A stretch of 64,000 nucleotides of DNA from Selaginella moellendorffii (lineage: Eukaryota > Plantae > Lycopodiophyta), in the NCBI RefSeq assembly GCF_000143415.4, contig NW_003314294.1, positions 1,168,416 to 1,232,415 on the forward strand. Direction: 5' to 3'. The position numbers were made by a program, and so were the translations under genes. Positions 1 to 12,607 of this stretch are shown piece after piece. The notes under the pieces are model-generated. The model saw only the letters and a list, made by a program, of their open reading frames with translations, ran no database searches and was not told the DNA's origin. How positions within the stretch are numbered: position 1 is the stretch's first letter; every line of letters starts with the position of its first letter.

Positions 1-414
1 CGGCCCAGGGGCAAAGAATCCTTCCAAAGCTCCGCAGCATCAATGAGAAATCTGGCCTCCCAGTTCTCCGGACGAAGGAATCCAAACGATTTGCACTACT
101 CGAAGCACCGACGTCGATGAAAAGAGAAAGAAGAAGAAGAGATGGAAAAAAAAAACTTTTTCTCCTTTCTTTGTCGAGGTTTGGTCGTTTGTATCAGACA
201 GTTATGATTTCTGTTAACGCCAACGGTCTTGACAGGTGGACGGTAGAGATCTCGCCGCGTGGGTGGCGGAGCTCGTTGGAAATGTGACTAGGCAGTGAAG
301 GAAGGGAGCGTTCTTTTTAGGGTTCTTCCTTGACGGCCACGCAATCCACGCGAGCGCGATGGCGGGCGACGCCATCTCGCTCTAGCATCCAGGGGGGTCC
401 ATCTTTTGGATCCA

Positions 415-2092
415 ATGTCGAGGAAGCAGCGGGATCCAGAGTCGCGGCAAAAAGACAGTGGCAGCTACTGCTGGAATTGGAAGAAGTGCAGCGCAGTCGC
501 CTCTCCAGCTCTCGCCATCGCATTCGCCTGCTCCCTCGTCTATCTCCTCGTCCTGATCTTCGCAAGAAAGCCCTCTTGCCTCTTACATTCTTCCCGTTCC
601 TCTTCTTTCTCCTCCTCCATCGCTTCTTCCACTTCCTCCTCTTTGCCCAAGCCCACTACTTTCTCCTTCGTGGACGTGGAGACTAGGCCAATCGAGGACG
701 AAGACGACGATGATAGCAGCGATCCAGCGGGCAAAATGGCGAGCTTGGGAAACATCGTGTTTGGGATCGCCGCCACTGCCCGGCTATGGGATCGGCGTAA
801 ATCCTACGTCAAGCTCTGGTGGCGGCCCAACGAGATGCGCGGATTCGTGTGGTTGGACGAGGCGATCCAGAACTACTCGAGCGGCGCCCTCCCGCCTTCC
901 AGGATTTCGGGCAGCACTGCGGGGTTTCGCTACACGCACCGCGGCGGGCGGCGGGCGGCCATCCGGATATCGCGCATCGTGTCGGAGACATTCCGTGTCG
1001 GGTTGCCGGATGTCCACTGGTTCGTCATGGGCGATGATGACACGATCTTTGTCCCGGACAACCTGGTCAAGGTGCTGGCCAAGTATGATCATCGCAAGTT
1101 CTACTACATTGGCGCCAGCTCCGAGAGCCACCACCAGAATCTCATGTTCTCCTACGGCATGGCGTATGGCGGCGGGGGATTTGCTATAAGCTATGCTCTC
1201 GCCAGCGCTCTCGAGCAGCGCCACGACGAGTGCCTGGAGCGGTATCCTTTTCTCTACGGCAGCGACGATCGCATCCACGCTTGTATGTCGGAGCTCGGCG
1301 TTCCACTGACGAAGGAGCTCGGCTTCCACCAGGTAAAAATCCGATTTTTAGTTCAAGGATCTTGTTTTGATCTCCTCCTCTTGCAGCTGGATGTCCATGG
1401 CGATGTCTCGGGACTGCTCTCGGCTCATCCGATCGCTCCCTTCATAAGCATGCATCACCTGGACGTCATCCATCCCATTTTTCCAGGCGTGGGCCAGGCA
1501 GCGGCGCTTCGCCACCTCTCCAAGGCGGTCGACATCGACCCGGCCGGGATCTTCCAGCAGTCGATATGCTACGACCGCCAACGCTCCTGGTCGATCTCGG
1601 TCTCGTTTGGCTACATGGTGAAAGTGATCCGAGGCGGCCTCAAAGCTCCCAGGGACTTGGAGACCCCGACCCGGACGTTCATGAGCTGGAACCGGAGATT
1701 CGACGAGGACGGCTATTCTTTTACGAGCTTGCCTCCTCCAAAGTCGCCCTGCGACGTTCCGCTCGTCTTCCACATGAAGGAGGTGGCGTACGCGAGCCGA
1801 GATGGGATGAGCGTGAGTAACTACACTCAGACAAGGACGAAGAAGCACGGCGGTGACTGCCCTTCCAAGTCGGCCGAGGAACTCCGGTGGATTCAAGTCC
1901 TCAAGGAGCGCACCAAGGATTCCTGGTTTGTGGTAATTGAAGTTTGTGCTCTCCCACTTTCTATCTCTTTCTCACGGAAAGCGTTTTCGTGTATAGGCTC
2001 CGAGAAGACAGTGTTGCCAGATCATGAGTGTCGCCTCGCACAGCATGCGGCTACTGGTAAGAGACTGTAGAGACGGAGAACTCATCCTTTGA
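415..2092 (+). CDS. DUF604 / fringe-like (GT31-type) glycosyltransferase, 3 exons (415-1332, 1387-1932, 1997-2092)
   Basis: N-terminal TM anchor. Motifs IVFGIA, WWRP, WFVMGDDDT, MAYGGGGFAIS, LYGSDDRIHAC, GFHQ. GT-AG introns at 1333-1386 (in-frame) and 1933-1996; the last exon reads APRRQCC...GELIL*. Confidence 0.9.
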
Positions 2093-2554
2093 CAAGTTCA
2101 AGATCTTTCGAAGCTCTGGCTGCTCTCACTGTTCGAGAATGTGATCACGTCGGCCGCTGCTCAACGACACCATAGACACCACAGGGCTTTCCTGTCTGGA
2201 AAGCCCAGTGATCGTGGTTCGTTGCGAGAAGCTCGAATCAGGGGAGGAAACGTAGCGAACCTCTCGCGAGAGCAGCCAGACGCTATTTCTTTTGGACGAG
2301 CCTCCATATCATTTCCCTCATTCGCCTCCACACGAGGGTTAACTTCGGAGAAAAGATTGATAAATTTCGAACTTAACATCTAGAACAAAATGTTTATAAT
2401 TAGTTTAGAGAAATAACTAATAATTTACTAAAGTTATAAACTTCCATAATTAACTCTTATTTATTTTCAATTAATATATTACTTCTTAATCATCACGGAA
2501 ATATTCTAGGCATGATTTAAAAATATCAAATTCCATTGCCAATGTAATCTTAGA

Positions 2555-4236
2555 TTAAACTGATATAATGTTGACTATTTGAGACATACACGAAACTCTT
2601 CTCTCGAGCACACGAGCGGTCCTGTCCATCTCTCCCAATTCACACAGCTTCTCTATCAGCTTGACAAAGGCTGGATTCGGCCCACCGCTTGAGTAACTTG
2701 GAGCATCACCATGAACGCGTGCTCGATCTGTCCAGCGCTGCAAAGCCCCTGGATCAAAACGCTGTAAGTGGTCGAGTCCGGAAGGCTGCCCTCGGCGATC
2801 ATCTCTCCGCCTTGTCCATCCTGCCGAGCTTGCAAAACCCCTCCACAAGGCTGTTGTAAGTCGCAGTGTTTGCTCGGCACCCCTCCTCCGCCATCACCGT
2901 GAGAATCTGGAAGCCAGATCCATCTCACCGGTTTTGCAAAGTCCGCGACGTAGGCATTGCACACTAGGAGATTGGGAGTGTAGCCACATACCACCAGCTG
3001 CTCCAGGAACGCTCGAGCTTCCACCATTCTCCCAATCTCCCCATCCCCGCAAACTTCTGGACCATGATGCTGTTAAGTCACGAAGTTTGGCTTGCACTTG
3101 CTGCGCGCCAACGTTTCCAGGAGCTTGGCGGCGCTGTCCATCTGATCGGTGTTGCAGAACAGCTCCAGCAGCGCGTTGAAGGTGACGATGGTTGGGCAGA
3201 ATCCCATCTCCGATGCCGAGCGCTTCCTCGGGCCGTGCCGCCTTGCAGAAGGCGTGGAGGATCAAGTTGAGCGTCAGAATGTTGGGCTCGATGTTCCTGA
3301 GAAGCATTGTCTCCATCACCTTGCATGCCTCGTCCGGCCTCCCGCATTTGCAGAGAAACTCCACCACCGGATTGAAAGTCACAGCCGTCAGAGCAAAACC
3401 AGCGCTCTCATGAGCTCGAAAGCCTCCTCGAGCAGGCCAGCTTTGCCAAGGCCCGTGGCCATCGCGTTGTAAGTCACCCGGTATGGGGCCACGCCTCGCT
3501 TGGCCATGGCCTGGAGCTCTTCACGGGCCTCCTGGATCCTCCCGGAGCTACACAGCGCATCGATGAGTGTAGGAGACGCTGTTGGGCTTGCAACCCATCT
3601 CTTGGCCTCGTCCACAAGCCCAGCCTCTGGAGAAACCTGAGGTTGTGGAGAACGACCAAGCTCCCAGGGCTCATCCCTGTACCCTTAAACTCCTCCACAA
3701 GCCACTTTGCCTTGTGAACTCCCCGGCAAGGCAGTGGCCGTGGACAAGAGTTCCATACGTGAATTCGCTGTGCACGAACTCCTCCAGCATCTATCTCACT
3801 TGGGGCTTGTAGCAAGCTTCTCTGGTCAGCCACTGGAAGAACGCGAGTGCAGTGTCTGGATCTTTCGTTTTTTGCAAGATCTTGCACACTGCAATGTGGC
3901 TGGAGTAAAGGCCCTAGAATGCAGCAAGACTCTCCACCAGAATCCCTTCTGGAAGCCTCGATTCCAGAAGCTTGCAAATCTCTGTCACGATTCCTCGTCC
4001 AGTGCCGCAATGTTGACTGGAGGATCGAGCTCGTCAGGCTGCGTCTTCCTCCTGTATTGAGATTTCTTACCTGGCCCCTGGCATGAAAATATTTGCTCCT
4101 TGGCAGCAGTGGCACTGGCATTCTTCCGGAAGCTCACATTTTGCCGGACGGCCTGCGCGCTGCAAGAAATCGGAGCCAAAGATGTCGAGGATGAGCTCGC
4201 GATCGCCACCGGAATGGCGCCGGCTAGCAGCGCCAT
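2555..4236 (-). pseudogene. P-class pentatricopeptide repeat (PPR) gene, frameshifted
   Basis: PPR motifs spread over several frames: TLIDALCSSGRIQEA, VTYNAMATGLGKAGLLEEAFELM, TFNPVVEFLCKCGRPDEA, PDSTTYSVLIQGLCSAGQIEHA. A Ser/Ala-rich transit-peptide-like start begins at ATG 4236. Confidence 0.8.
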
Positions 4237-4284
4237 GGCACATTCCTCGCTAGGTTCTTCCCTGGCTAGGGTTTTCGGGATCGC

Positions 4285-4770
4285 ATGGCGGCATTTGTCT
4301 GTTCTTCCCCAATCCTGCTCTACAATCCCCCGATTCGTCCACACCAGCGATCCAGCATCGTCACGAGAACCTTACGAACCGATGGCGCCAATAGCAGCAA
4401 CGGATTCAGCGAGGATCCAGTGAGCGGCAATAATCCCATCTCCACTCGTCTCGGGCAGCTACTGGAAGCGAGAAGGATCGATCTGCTGGAGCGATTCCGG
4501 GAGATCCGACGCAATTTGCCGCTCAAAGTGTTCTTGCTGCTGCTGGGATTCTACTCGGCCAACGCCCTGGCCACGGTGCTGGGGCAAACAGGGGACTGGG
4601 ACATGCTGGTGGCCGCGATCATCGTGGCTGTGATCGAAGGCATTGGATTTCTCATGTATAAGATGCCGCCCGTGACGGAGAAGCTGCGATTCCTGGTGAG
4701 AATGCTCAATTACTGGAAAGCCGGCCTCTCCTTTGGCCTCTTCGTCGATGCATTCAAGGTTGGAAGCTAA
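4285..4770 (+). CDS. YCF20: Ycf20-like (DUF565) protein, probably plastid-targeted
   Basis: [23 protein letters not shown] and the C-terminal [21 protein letters not shown] are characteristic; transit-peptide-like N-terminus. Confidence 0.9.
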   Translation: MAAFVCSSPILLYNPPIRPHQRSSIVTRTLRTDGANSSNGFSEDPVSGNNPISTRLGQLLEARRIDLLERFREIRRNLPLKVFLLLLGFYSANALATVLGQTGDWDMLVAAIIVAVIEGIGFLMYKMPPVTEKLRFLVRMLNYWKAGLSFGLFVDAFKVGS

Positions 4771-4866
4771 GAACCCTAAAAACAGAGGGGTACTTCCTGG
4801 AATTCGAACCGGTGACCTTTGTGCTATTTATATTAATAGCAAACTCCAGTAACCAAGAAAGATGGG

Positions 4867-6033
4867 ATGATCGTTCTCCTTGTTCTAGCGTATGGAGTTC
4901 TTCTTTTGTACGCTGTGACCGTCCATCTCACCGTGAGGCACTACGTGAATTTCAACTCAAGAGCACGATCGCATACGATCAAACAAGACGTGGATCGCGA
5001 TTTTGGAGCTACCAATCTCACGAACATTGTGTTTGGGATCAGCTCCAACGCCGCGATGTGGGATTTGCGCAAAGAACTCGTCAAGGCATGGTGGAGGCCG
5101 GAGGATCGAATGAGAGGCTTCGTTTGGCTGGACGAAACAGTGAATTTCACTCTAGCAGACCAGGACACGCTACCCGAGGTCAAAGTTTCCAGTGACACCT
5201 CCAAGTTTCGATACACGTATGGAAGATCACCATCGAATAGAGGGACCACATCCGAATAGCGAGGATTGTCTCGGAGATGTTTCGTCTAGGGCTCGCTGGT
5301 TCGTCATGGGCGACGATGATACGGTGTTTGTCCCCGGAAACTTGGCCAAAGTTCTCGCAAAGTACGACCACCGGCAGCCGTACTACATTGGATCAATCTC
5401 CGAGAGCCACTTCCAAAATGTGGATGGATTCTCGACAAACATGACGGAGGCGCCGGATTCGCGATAAGCTACGCGCTCGAGGAGCTTGACAAGGTCTTGG
5501 ACGATTGCCTGGAGAGATACCATGGATTGTATAGTGCGGACGCTCGGATCCACGCCTGTGTGGCGGAATTGGGCGTGCCGCTCAAGGTGGAGCGTGGATT
5601 CCACCAGTTTGACGTGCTGGACGACGCCTCTGGATTGCTCTCCTCGCACCCTTTGACGCCGCTCGTTTCGCTCCACCACATCGAGCTCCTGTATCCATTC
5701 TTCCCAAGGATGGGGAGGATCGAGAGCGTCAAGCATCTGGTCGGGAGCGCGCAGGTGGATCCCATGGGCTTGCTCCAGCAATCCTTCTGCTACGATCCCG
5801 ATCGGGACTGGACGATCAAAGTGTCTTGGGTAGAGAAGGATTTGGAGCTTCCCGTGAGAACATTCTCTGGGTGGCACGGCGACCGTGATCGCGTGGGAAT
5901 CGCCTTCACGACGAGAGAGAACCCGTGTGACCGGCCGGTCAACGGGGCTGGAAGGCGGGAAGTCAAGCAGCATCTATGCGCGGGAAGAGAGGACGGTGAA
6001 AGTGTTTACGCTCGGAGAAGGATTTATCCATAG
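4867..6033 (+). pseudogene. Second DUF604 glycosyltransferase copy, disrupted by frameshifts and deletions
   Basis: IVFGISS, WWRP, WFVMGDDDT, LYSADARIHAC, GFHQFD and LLQQSFCYD fall in three ORF pieces; the AYGGGG motif is damaged. Confidence 0.82.
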
Positions 6034-6395
6034 TGAAAGCTACGGATAGAGGTAAAGTTAACTTTACTTTTTAATCCCCAGTAAAGTTTAGTTTTACCAG
6101 GCACCTAGGAGGCAACTCTGTACCATACACAAGCACGGGACAACAATGGAGTTGGGAGTAGAGAATTGATATTTTGGAATGCAACGGAGGTTCTAGCGCT
6201 ATGGATTTTGATATTGAAGTTTCGCGCGATTGATCGCTGGTAGGGAGGGTAAGAGCACAATCTATCACTGGTAGGGAGGGGATTTATAGGCGATGGATCG
6301 CTTAGCCACACTGCTTGGATCCCCTTGCCACAATGTTTCTAGATCTCAACTACTTTTGACAAGTTTTTTTCTTTTTGAATCTTAGGTTTACTAAA

Positions 6396-8890
6396 ATGTT
6401 TAAAGCTGCCACTTAGGAGGTGGATGGGGAAGTTGAACGGCAGATTGCTGTGGTTGAGCGCCGAATTAGTGCGGTTGAGGGGCAACTCGAGCAACCAAAT
6501 GATCCCGAGAAGGAGAAGCAGCTGTTCGAAAAGGAGAAGCAGCTGCGCAAGGAGAAGCAGCAGCTGCGCGACAAGGAGCTCCTCTTATTGAGGTCCAAGA
6601 GGAAGTCCCAGGGTAAGATGCTACTTCCTTTGTTGGATGTTTCCTTTGCCCTGCACTTGTCTCACTTGTCCATTGGCTATGGCTGCAGCCATGGCGGATC
6701 ATTTGATTGCGGCTTGTGGCGCTGTAGTTTCTTGAACAGCACCTTGTTGTGGTTGGCTGTTTTGTCTTAAGCTGGAGTCTGTGTACACAGATTGTCATTC
6801 TTTACTGTGCTGCCTGCATGCGTTGTAACCGGTTTCTTGGTTTTGCTTACAGAAACAGACGTTCATGTTCATAAGCGGCTTCGTCCTAGCATGCCTTTCC
6901 TGGTACCGAGAAATTTTTCACATGCGCTTCCTTTCAAGGGGAGAGACACAGAAATGGCTACAGTTGTAGGGCATGTGGATAAGTATTACAACTCCATTTG
7001 CTTTGCAAGTGGGGTTATCCAGCATGCTAGCATGCTGTTTGTAATATTTGAAGGCCTTAGTGGAGTTGGAAAAACTAGATGCTTGATGGAGATTCACAGG
7101 AATGTGGAGGGCTATTTATGAAGCGACACAAAGCTCAAGGAACTGTATTTGGCTAAGATGGTCACCCAACTCTTTATCAACTTCAATTGCACTACTGTAG
7201 CAAGCCACATTATGTCACTCCCTTCTTTGCAAAAGCTGTGAAAGACAAGGGTGGAAGAGTAGTAGGCAACATGTTTATGAGGGCATGTTTACTAGCAGAG
7301 GGTATCTTTGGTCAGGCTTTTGTGGAACTGGATGATCGAACTCAACAATGGATACTGTATGGCAAAGAGCCCATGACTGTATTGGCAAATATCATCAGGG
7401 TGGCACTTGGGTTGCCGCTGTGCCAGCGGATTTTCGTGTACCTTTTGATGGATGACCTGCATGCCGTAACTAAAGACATGAGCGCGGAAACAGCATGCTC
7501 ATTCGTGCATGGAATGTGGGATTACCTTGGCACCTTCATGTCCAATGACTTTGGACCGGCTCCATATCAAACTTGCCAAATGGTGATACTGCCGGTTGCC
7601 GCTGCCACTTTGGTGCCATCCTGTGGATGCTTTGGCCTGTCAGACTGGCTGGCCTGCCAGATCAAACTAGAGCCCCTCAGTGAGGTCTCAGCAATAGACG
7701 TTCTGAAGGAGGCAATACAGACTAGTCGGCTCACCGAATGCCTGCCAGTCATCCGCAACATTATACGCGATGTGAGCTACCTGCCCCGGCTCTTGCAGTA
7801 TATATATGAAGCTTGGAAGCTAAGACCCGACTTGGATAGCACAGACTTGCGTGATCTTGATGGCCACTTACGCAGATGTTTGGAGTTGAAGCTGAGCATG
7901 TGGACGCACGAGATCCTGGCAATAAGCAATACCAATGCAGTGAGACGAATGGTGAGGTTGTGCTTGACGGGCGACGCCACAGACATGGGGTTTATGGAGA
8001 CAAAGGAGTGCACGTATGGCTACGTTACCTGGAAGCGGTGTGGAAGCAGCGGATATACATTCCATTCGCCAGGCTTGTTGCTGGTAGGGCTTGCCAAGGA
8101 ACTGAGGGTGCATCGATATCTCATTCTTTCGGATATTAGCACGTTGGCTGCCTCTTTTGGACATGATTCACACACGAATGAGGCTTCATGCAGGAAGTGA
8201 ATGCCTTCTTTCAGATATCTTCCACAGAGCATGTGGCTCGAATAAGGCAATGACAGTGAAGATGCAGATCGCATCTAAGATCGTTTTTAGGGAGGAAGCT
8301 GCACAGTTTTACATGTCGAACAGGAGTAAAAACGGCTTCAAGCACTTGGGTGATGAAGGCATGGTGCTCCAATGTGGTACTGACTTTTGGCGTCCATTTG
8401 GCAACAGTGAACAATCTGTGATTACAAAAATGTACACGAACTCTTTGGGCATTGACATGAGGGTGTTTGCAAGACATGGAGGTACGCTTTTGCAACATGA
8501 TGGGGCTGATTTTGTTTCTTTTGCAGACAGCGAAATTGAAATATGGGCCCAGGCGAAAGGCAGGACGTCCCCTCTAGGCTAGAGCTAAGTAATTGAGTGC
8601 ATTAAAGCGTGCTTCCAAGAATGTTTCAACCTCGAATCAGGTGTGAAGAAGTTTTGTGTGGTCTTTAGTCTGCACAGTTTCACATTTGAGAAAGTGGATC
8701 TCTATACTCTTTTCAAGGTAAGCCAGGCTTCATTTCTGTTATGAAACTAACTATTGACCTTCAGGAGGAGGGGATCAGAATGGGAGACACAGCCAAGTTC
8801 AGCAAGATGTATGAACACACTCTCCTCGTTGATTGAACTGGCTTGAATGTTTTCATGCCGGATGTCATGCAGCGACACTATAATTATTAA
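6396..8890 (+). pseudogene. Crinkler-like (CR) protein: coiled-coil header + P-loop NTPase + PD-(D/E)xK-like C-terminal domain, with premature stops and frameshifts
   Basis: ATG 6396; EKEKQL repeats; intron 6613-6852. FKGRDTE, Walker A GLSGVGKT, Walker B-like YLLMDD, and GADF...IWAQAK. Stops at ~6411, 7119 and 8580, plus frame changes. Confidence 0.65.
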
Positions 8891-11619
8891 GACTACAAGG
8901 AGCATCATTTTATTCCACCGGAGAAAACAGAAGGGTTAAAGGAATCTTGTGATTTAGAGAGTTTTGAATCATAGTTTGTAAGTTCTTTGACTTTATCCTT
9001 TTATTATTATTTTCCTTCCGATTAAAAGGTGGTTGTTGATCGTTTGTGCCAAAGATTTTGTTCTCCTTGGCTTCTTATGTTCTTGTCCATGGACCATACA
9101 CTATAGTCGTTGTCTTCATCATAGTTTACAGATTTTCAAAGGAGAAAGAAAAATCTAAACTAGTTAGTCACAGCTCTTGATCATGAGCTGCATTCCCAAC
9201 CCTGGCTTGAGGGCAATGGAAGAAACTGGCTAGTGTTTATAGTGGGGCAAGAGACCCAAGTGATAATGCTAGAGAATCATGGCTAAAATAAGCTTGGCCT
9301 CCAGCTTGAGTAGTGATCCTTGGATTATTTTTCTTGTATCTCACTAGGTGAGAGGGTGTCCATGAACAATTTTATGAGGTGTGAGTGTATGGAATATGAA
9401 AATGAAATACATCTTAGAGAAAGAATGACTTTTAGCCTAAGAATTTAAATTTTCAAGACTCAACTAACATCCTTTTACTTACAACTTTATATGGGTTTAC
9501 ACTAACATAAATTTTCATGACCTAATAGTATGCCTAACATCAAACTTCATGATATATTTCTAACATCTAACACCAACATCTGCAAAATGCAAATGAATAC
9601 CCAAAATTTAATCACGAATATTATATCTTTGGATATCTATATTGCACTAACACTTTTCTTGAGTCACCTTCAAGATTCAATTTAATGCTAAAATACTAAC
9701 AAGAAAAATGACATGAAAATCAATTAGTTTTCATATCTTATACATCTTTGATCTCTGAAAGGAAAATTGTGTTGTTTCATTAATTTTTCACAATTGTTGA
9801 AGTTTTTTTTCAGTGTTAGGGAAATCTTTCTTGAGTTTGTTAAGTCTTGAGTGTTAAGAATTTTTCTTAAGTATCAAGAAATTTTTATGATTGTTGAAAC
9901 CTTTGAATCTTCATCCTGAATTTGGTTGTAATTCCTTCAAGTTTGTAGAAGAATTATGGAATGATGAAGAGGTAAATGTTTTATTTTGTATATCATCCCA
10001 AACAAAGCAAAAGAAGAAACTTTAGGTGTATGCCTAAGCTTAAGTATTTAAAGATAACTTAGGTGAGAAATAATTAGGAACGGTTATAAAATTATATAGT
10101 ATATAAATAACATTTAAACGTGTTGAAAAACAACCCCTACTCACTATTGTATGTATTTGTATTGAATTAATTATTTTTTCTCTCATCTATAATTGTTTGT
10201 ATAAAGTAGAGTTGAGAAATGACATATACTTATTTTTACTCATGCTTTTGGGGTTCGAGGCTAAATTCTTTTCTTCTCATTCTTCTTCTCTTTTTCTATG
10301 TTCTTGTCTTTGTTTGTTTAGCACTATTTTCCAAGTAGGGGCAAGAATGCAAGTATAGGCAGAAAAAGCTATACTCACTTTTAGCAACCATAGTGGGATG
10401 AGCTATCACTTTTTGGCTTGAAAAATAGTCGAAAGAAAATCGTTTGTGAATTCTAAATATGTTTAATAGTAGGAATCACAAGTACATCTCTTCAGTGATT
10501 GCAAAAACCTTGAGCTTAAACAACATTGAATGAAAGAGCTCTTTATGCGATTGCAATGGTTTAATGCCCAAACAATGCAAGAAAAAATAATTTTTCAACT
10601 GTTACTAAAGTCAAAGAGCATAGGATGAGTTTGAAATTGGAATTTGGCATATATTGCTAAACAATTCAAATTCAAATTGTTTTGCCATCAATTTCTTAAA
10701 AAAAGTCTAAAAGAAGAAGGAATGAAGTTTGTTTGATGTGGAAAACACGTATATACAAGCAGAAAAATTGAGCACTTGTAACTCTTATTTTTTACTCCAA
10801 CTTAAAGAGAGCTAGAGTTAGCCTTAATGAAGAAAAAATTAGGGAATTATTAACCCAAATTTTATGAGGCTTTGATAGAGGCAAAATCACAATTAAAACA
10901 TTGTGATATTTCAAGGCTTTGATTTAAGTTTCTTCAGCTTAGATTACTACTCAGACACGATTTGAGAGTAGACTTATCCTACATTTAAGTCTTTTATGCA
11001 TATTACAAGAGCCTATAAAACTCGAACAAAATTCACAAGTCAAAAATTCAGAAAAAATTATCACAAACTACTCTAACCGTTCAAACCGCTTTAACCATTT
11101 GAACCGCTTTACATATAGTACACATAAGCAAATTAATTAAAACTTAAAAATTTGTCATACAAGTTTGAGTAAAGACTTGTATTGGCTATAACCACTTGTT
11201 AATGAGCTAAAGAGAAATTTGCCTTGAAAAGTAATTTTTGTTTAGATCTGAAGTAATGTTTTCCACAAATTAGCTATCACATATTTGAAAAGCTATATAA
11301 TGTCATTCCAGAAGCACATTGATCTAAAATAGGTTATCATGTGTTAGACAATTTGACCCTTTTATTGATTTCACAAGACAATTTTACAAATTGGTTTTCA
11401 TGCCCCATTCAAAATAGTCCCTAGTATTGATCCAATTTGTCTAAAATTTGCCAAGAGCAATAGACCATTCTTTCTAATTTCATACTTGTAAAGGCAAGGT
11501 TAGTTATAAGTCAAAGGCTAAGACCCATTGTGAAATAGACAAGTTACTCTAGAATTGGTTATATAGTGCATATGGTTTTGACCCTTTATCCTATAGTGAT
11601 TTACCATAGGATAACACCA

Positions 11620-12607
11620 TGAAGCGGAATCTAAACCCTCTTTATGCCACATGTCCAAAAGACAGTGGTGTGGAACCTGAGGTTCAGGGCCTTAAGCCAC
11701 TGAACGAAGGAACGGTGCCAAGCTCCCAAGTATGGAACTAAGGAGTGATGGAACCGGTCCATAGAGCAATTCCTGAGCATATAGCCCAAGGAGCAAAGGG
11801 ATAAAAGCCCGAAGCGACTTAGAATAGTTCTAGAGCAACTAACATTCTATTGCTAGGACTAGCACGCAAAACAGAGCCAAATGGAGTCTGGTGATATTTT
11901 GGCATACTGGTGGCCTAACGTAAGGACATGGGTACTCCACTAGTTAGCATGGAATGGAACTTGGGTTTAGACCTAAGCCGAATGCAAAACAAAGACAGAC
12001 ACGCTATCCCTACTATACATTTGGAACCTCTCACAACCCCCCCCTCCCCCCCCCTGAGGAACATATGCTTTGGGCTTTCACCCCAAGCCTCCCTTGGGGC
12101 TTGGGGTATCAAGAGTTAGTCTTTGGGACAAGTTTAAAACTTATTAAATATGGAATGTTTTTAGATTATGAATTTGGACATGGGACGAACACCATTGTGT
12201 TCAAGTTAATCTCTACATTCCATAAATATGCCAAATGAGTAAATTTAGACACTTTCCATAAATAGCATATGGGACCGAAGTTTAGCAGACACGGTAAGCT
12301 ATTATCTAGTGAATATTTAGGGACCAATCTCAATATTGCGGGGGTTCCTAACACTAGCAAGTGCAAGTCAATGAATGAGTTTCTCTAACCAAGTCAAGTA
12401 TGTTTGACTAAATAGACACTTAGGAATTCCTTCTTTATGCTCATCTAGTCAAGTGCATATGCGAAGACCAGTTTCTCAACTAGCTTAGACGAAGGCTGAT
12501 AACGGGTCCAGCAATACTAATCTCCTGCTATCATGGCAGTAAGGAAAGAATATCCAAAAGGACTAGCTGATAGGTAACTTTCGATACCCAAAGTCACTTT
12601 CGCGACA
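11620..12607 (-). mobile_element. Diverged LTR copy related to the LTRs at 14692 and 27925 (left boundary uncertain)
   Basis: 11896-12607 aligns by eye to 27925-28858: same poly-C tract, GCTTTCACCCCAAGCCTCCC, and terminal AAGTCAC...CGCGACA. No matching TSD found. Confidence 0.7.
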
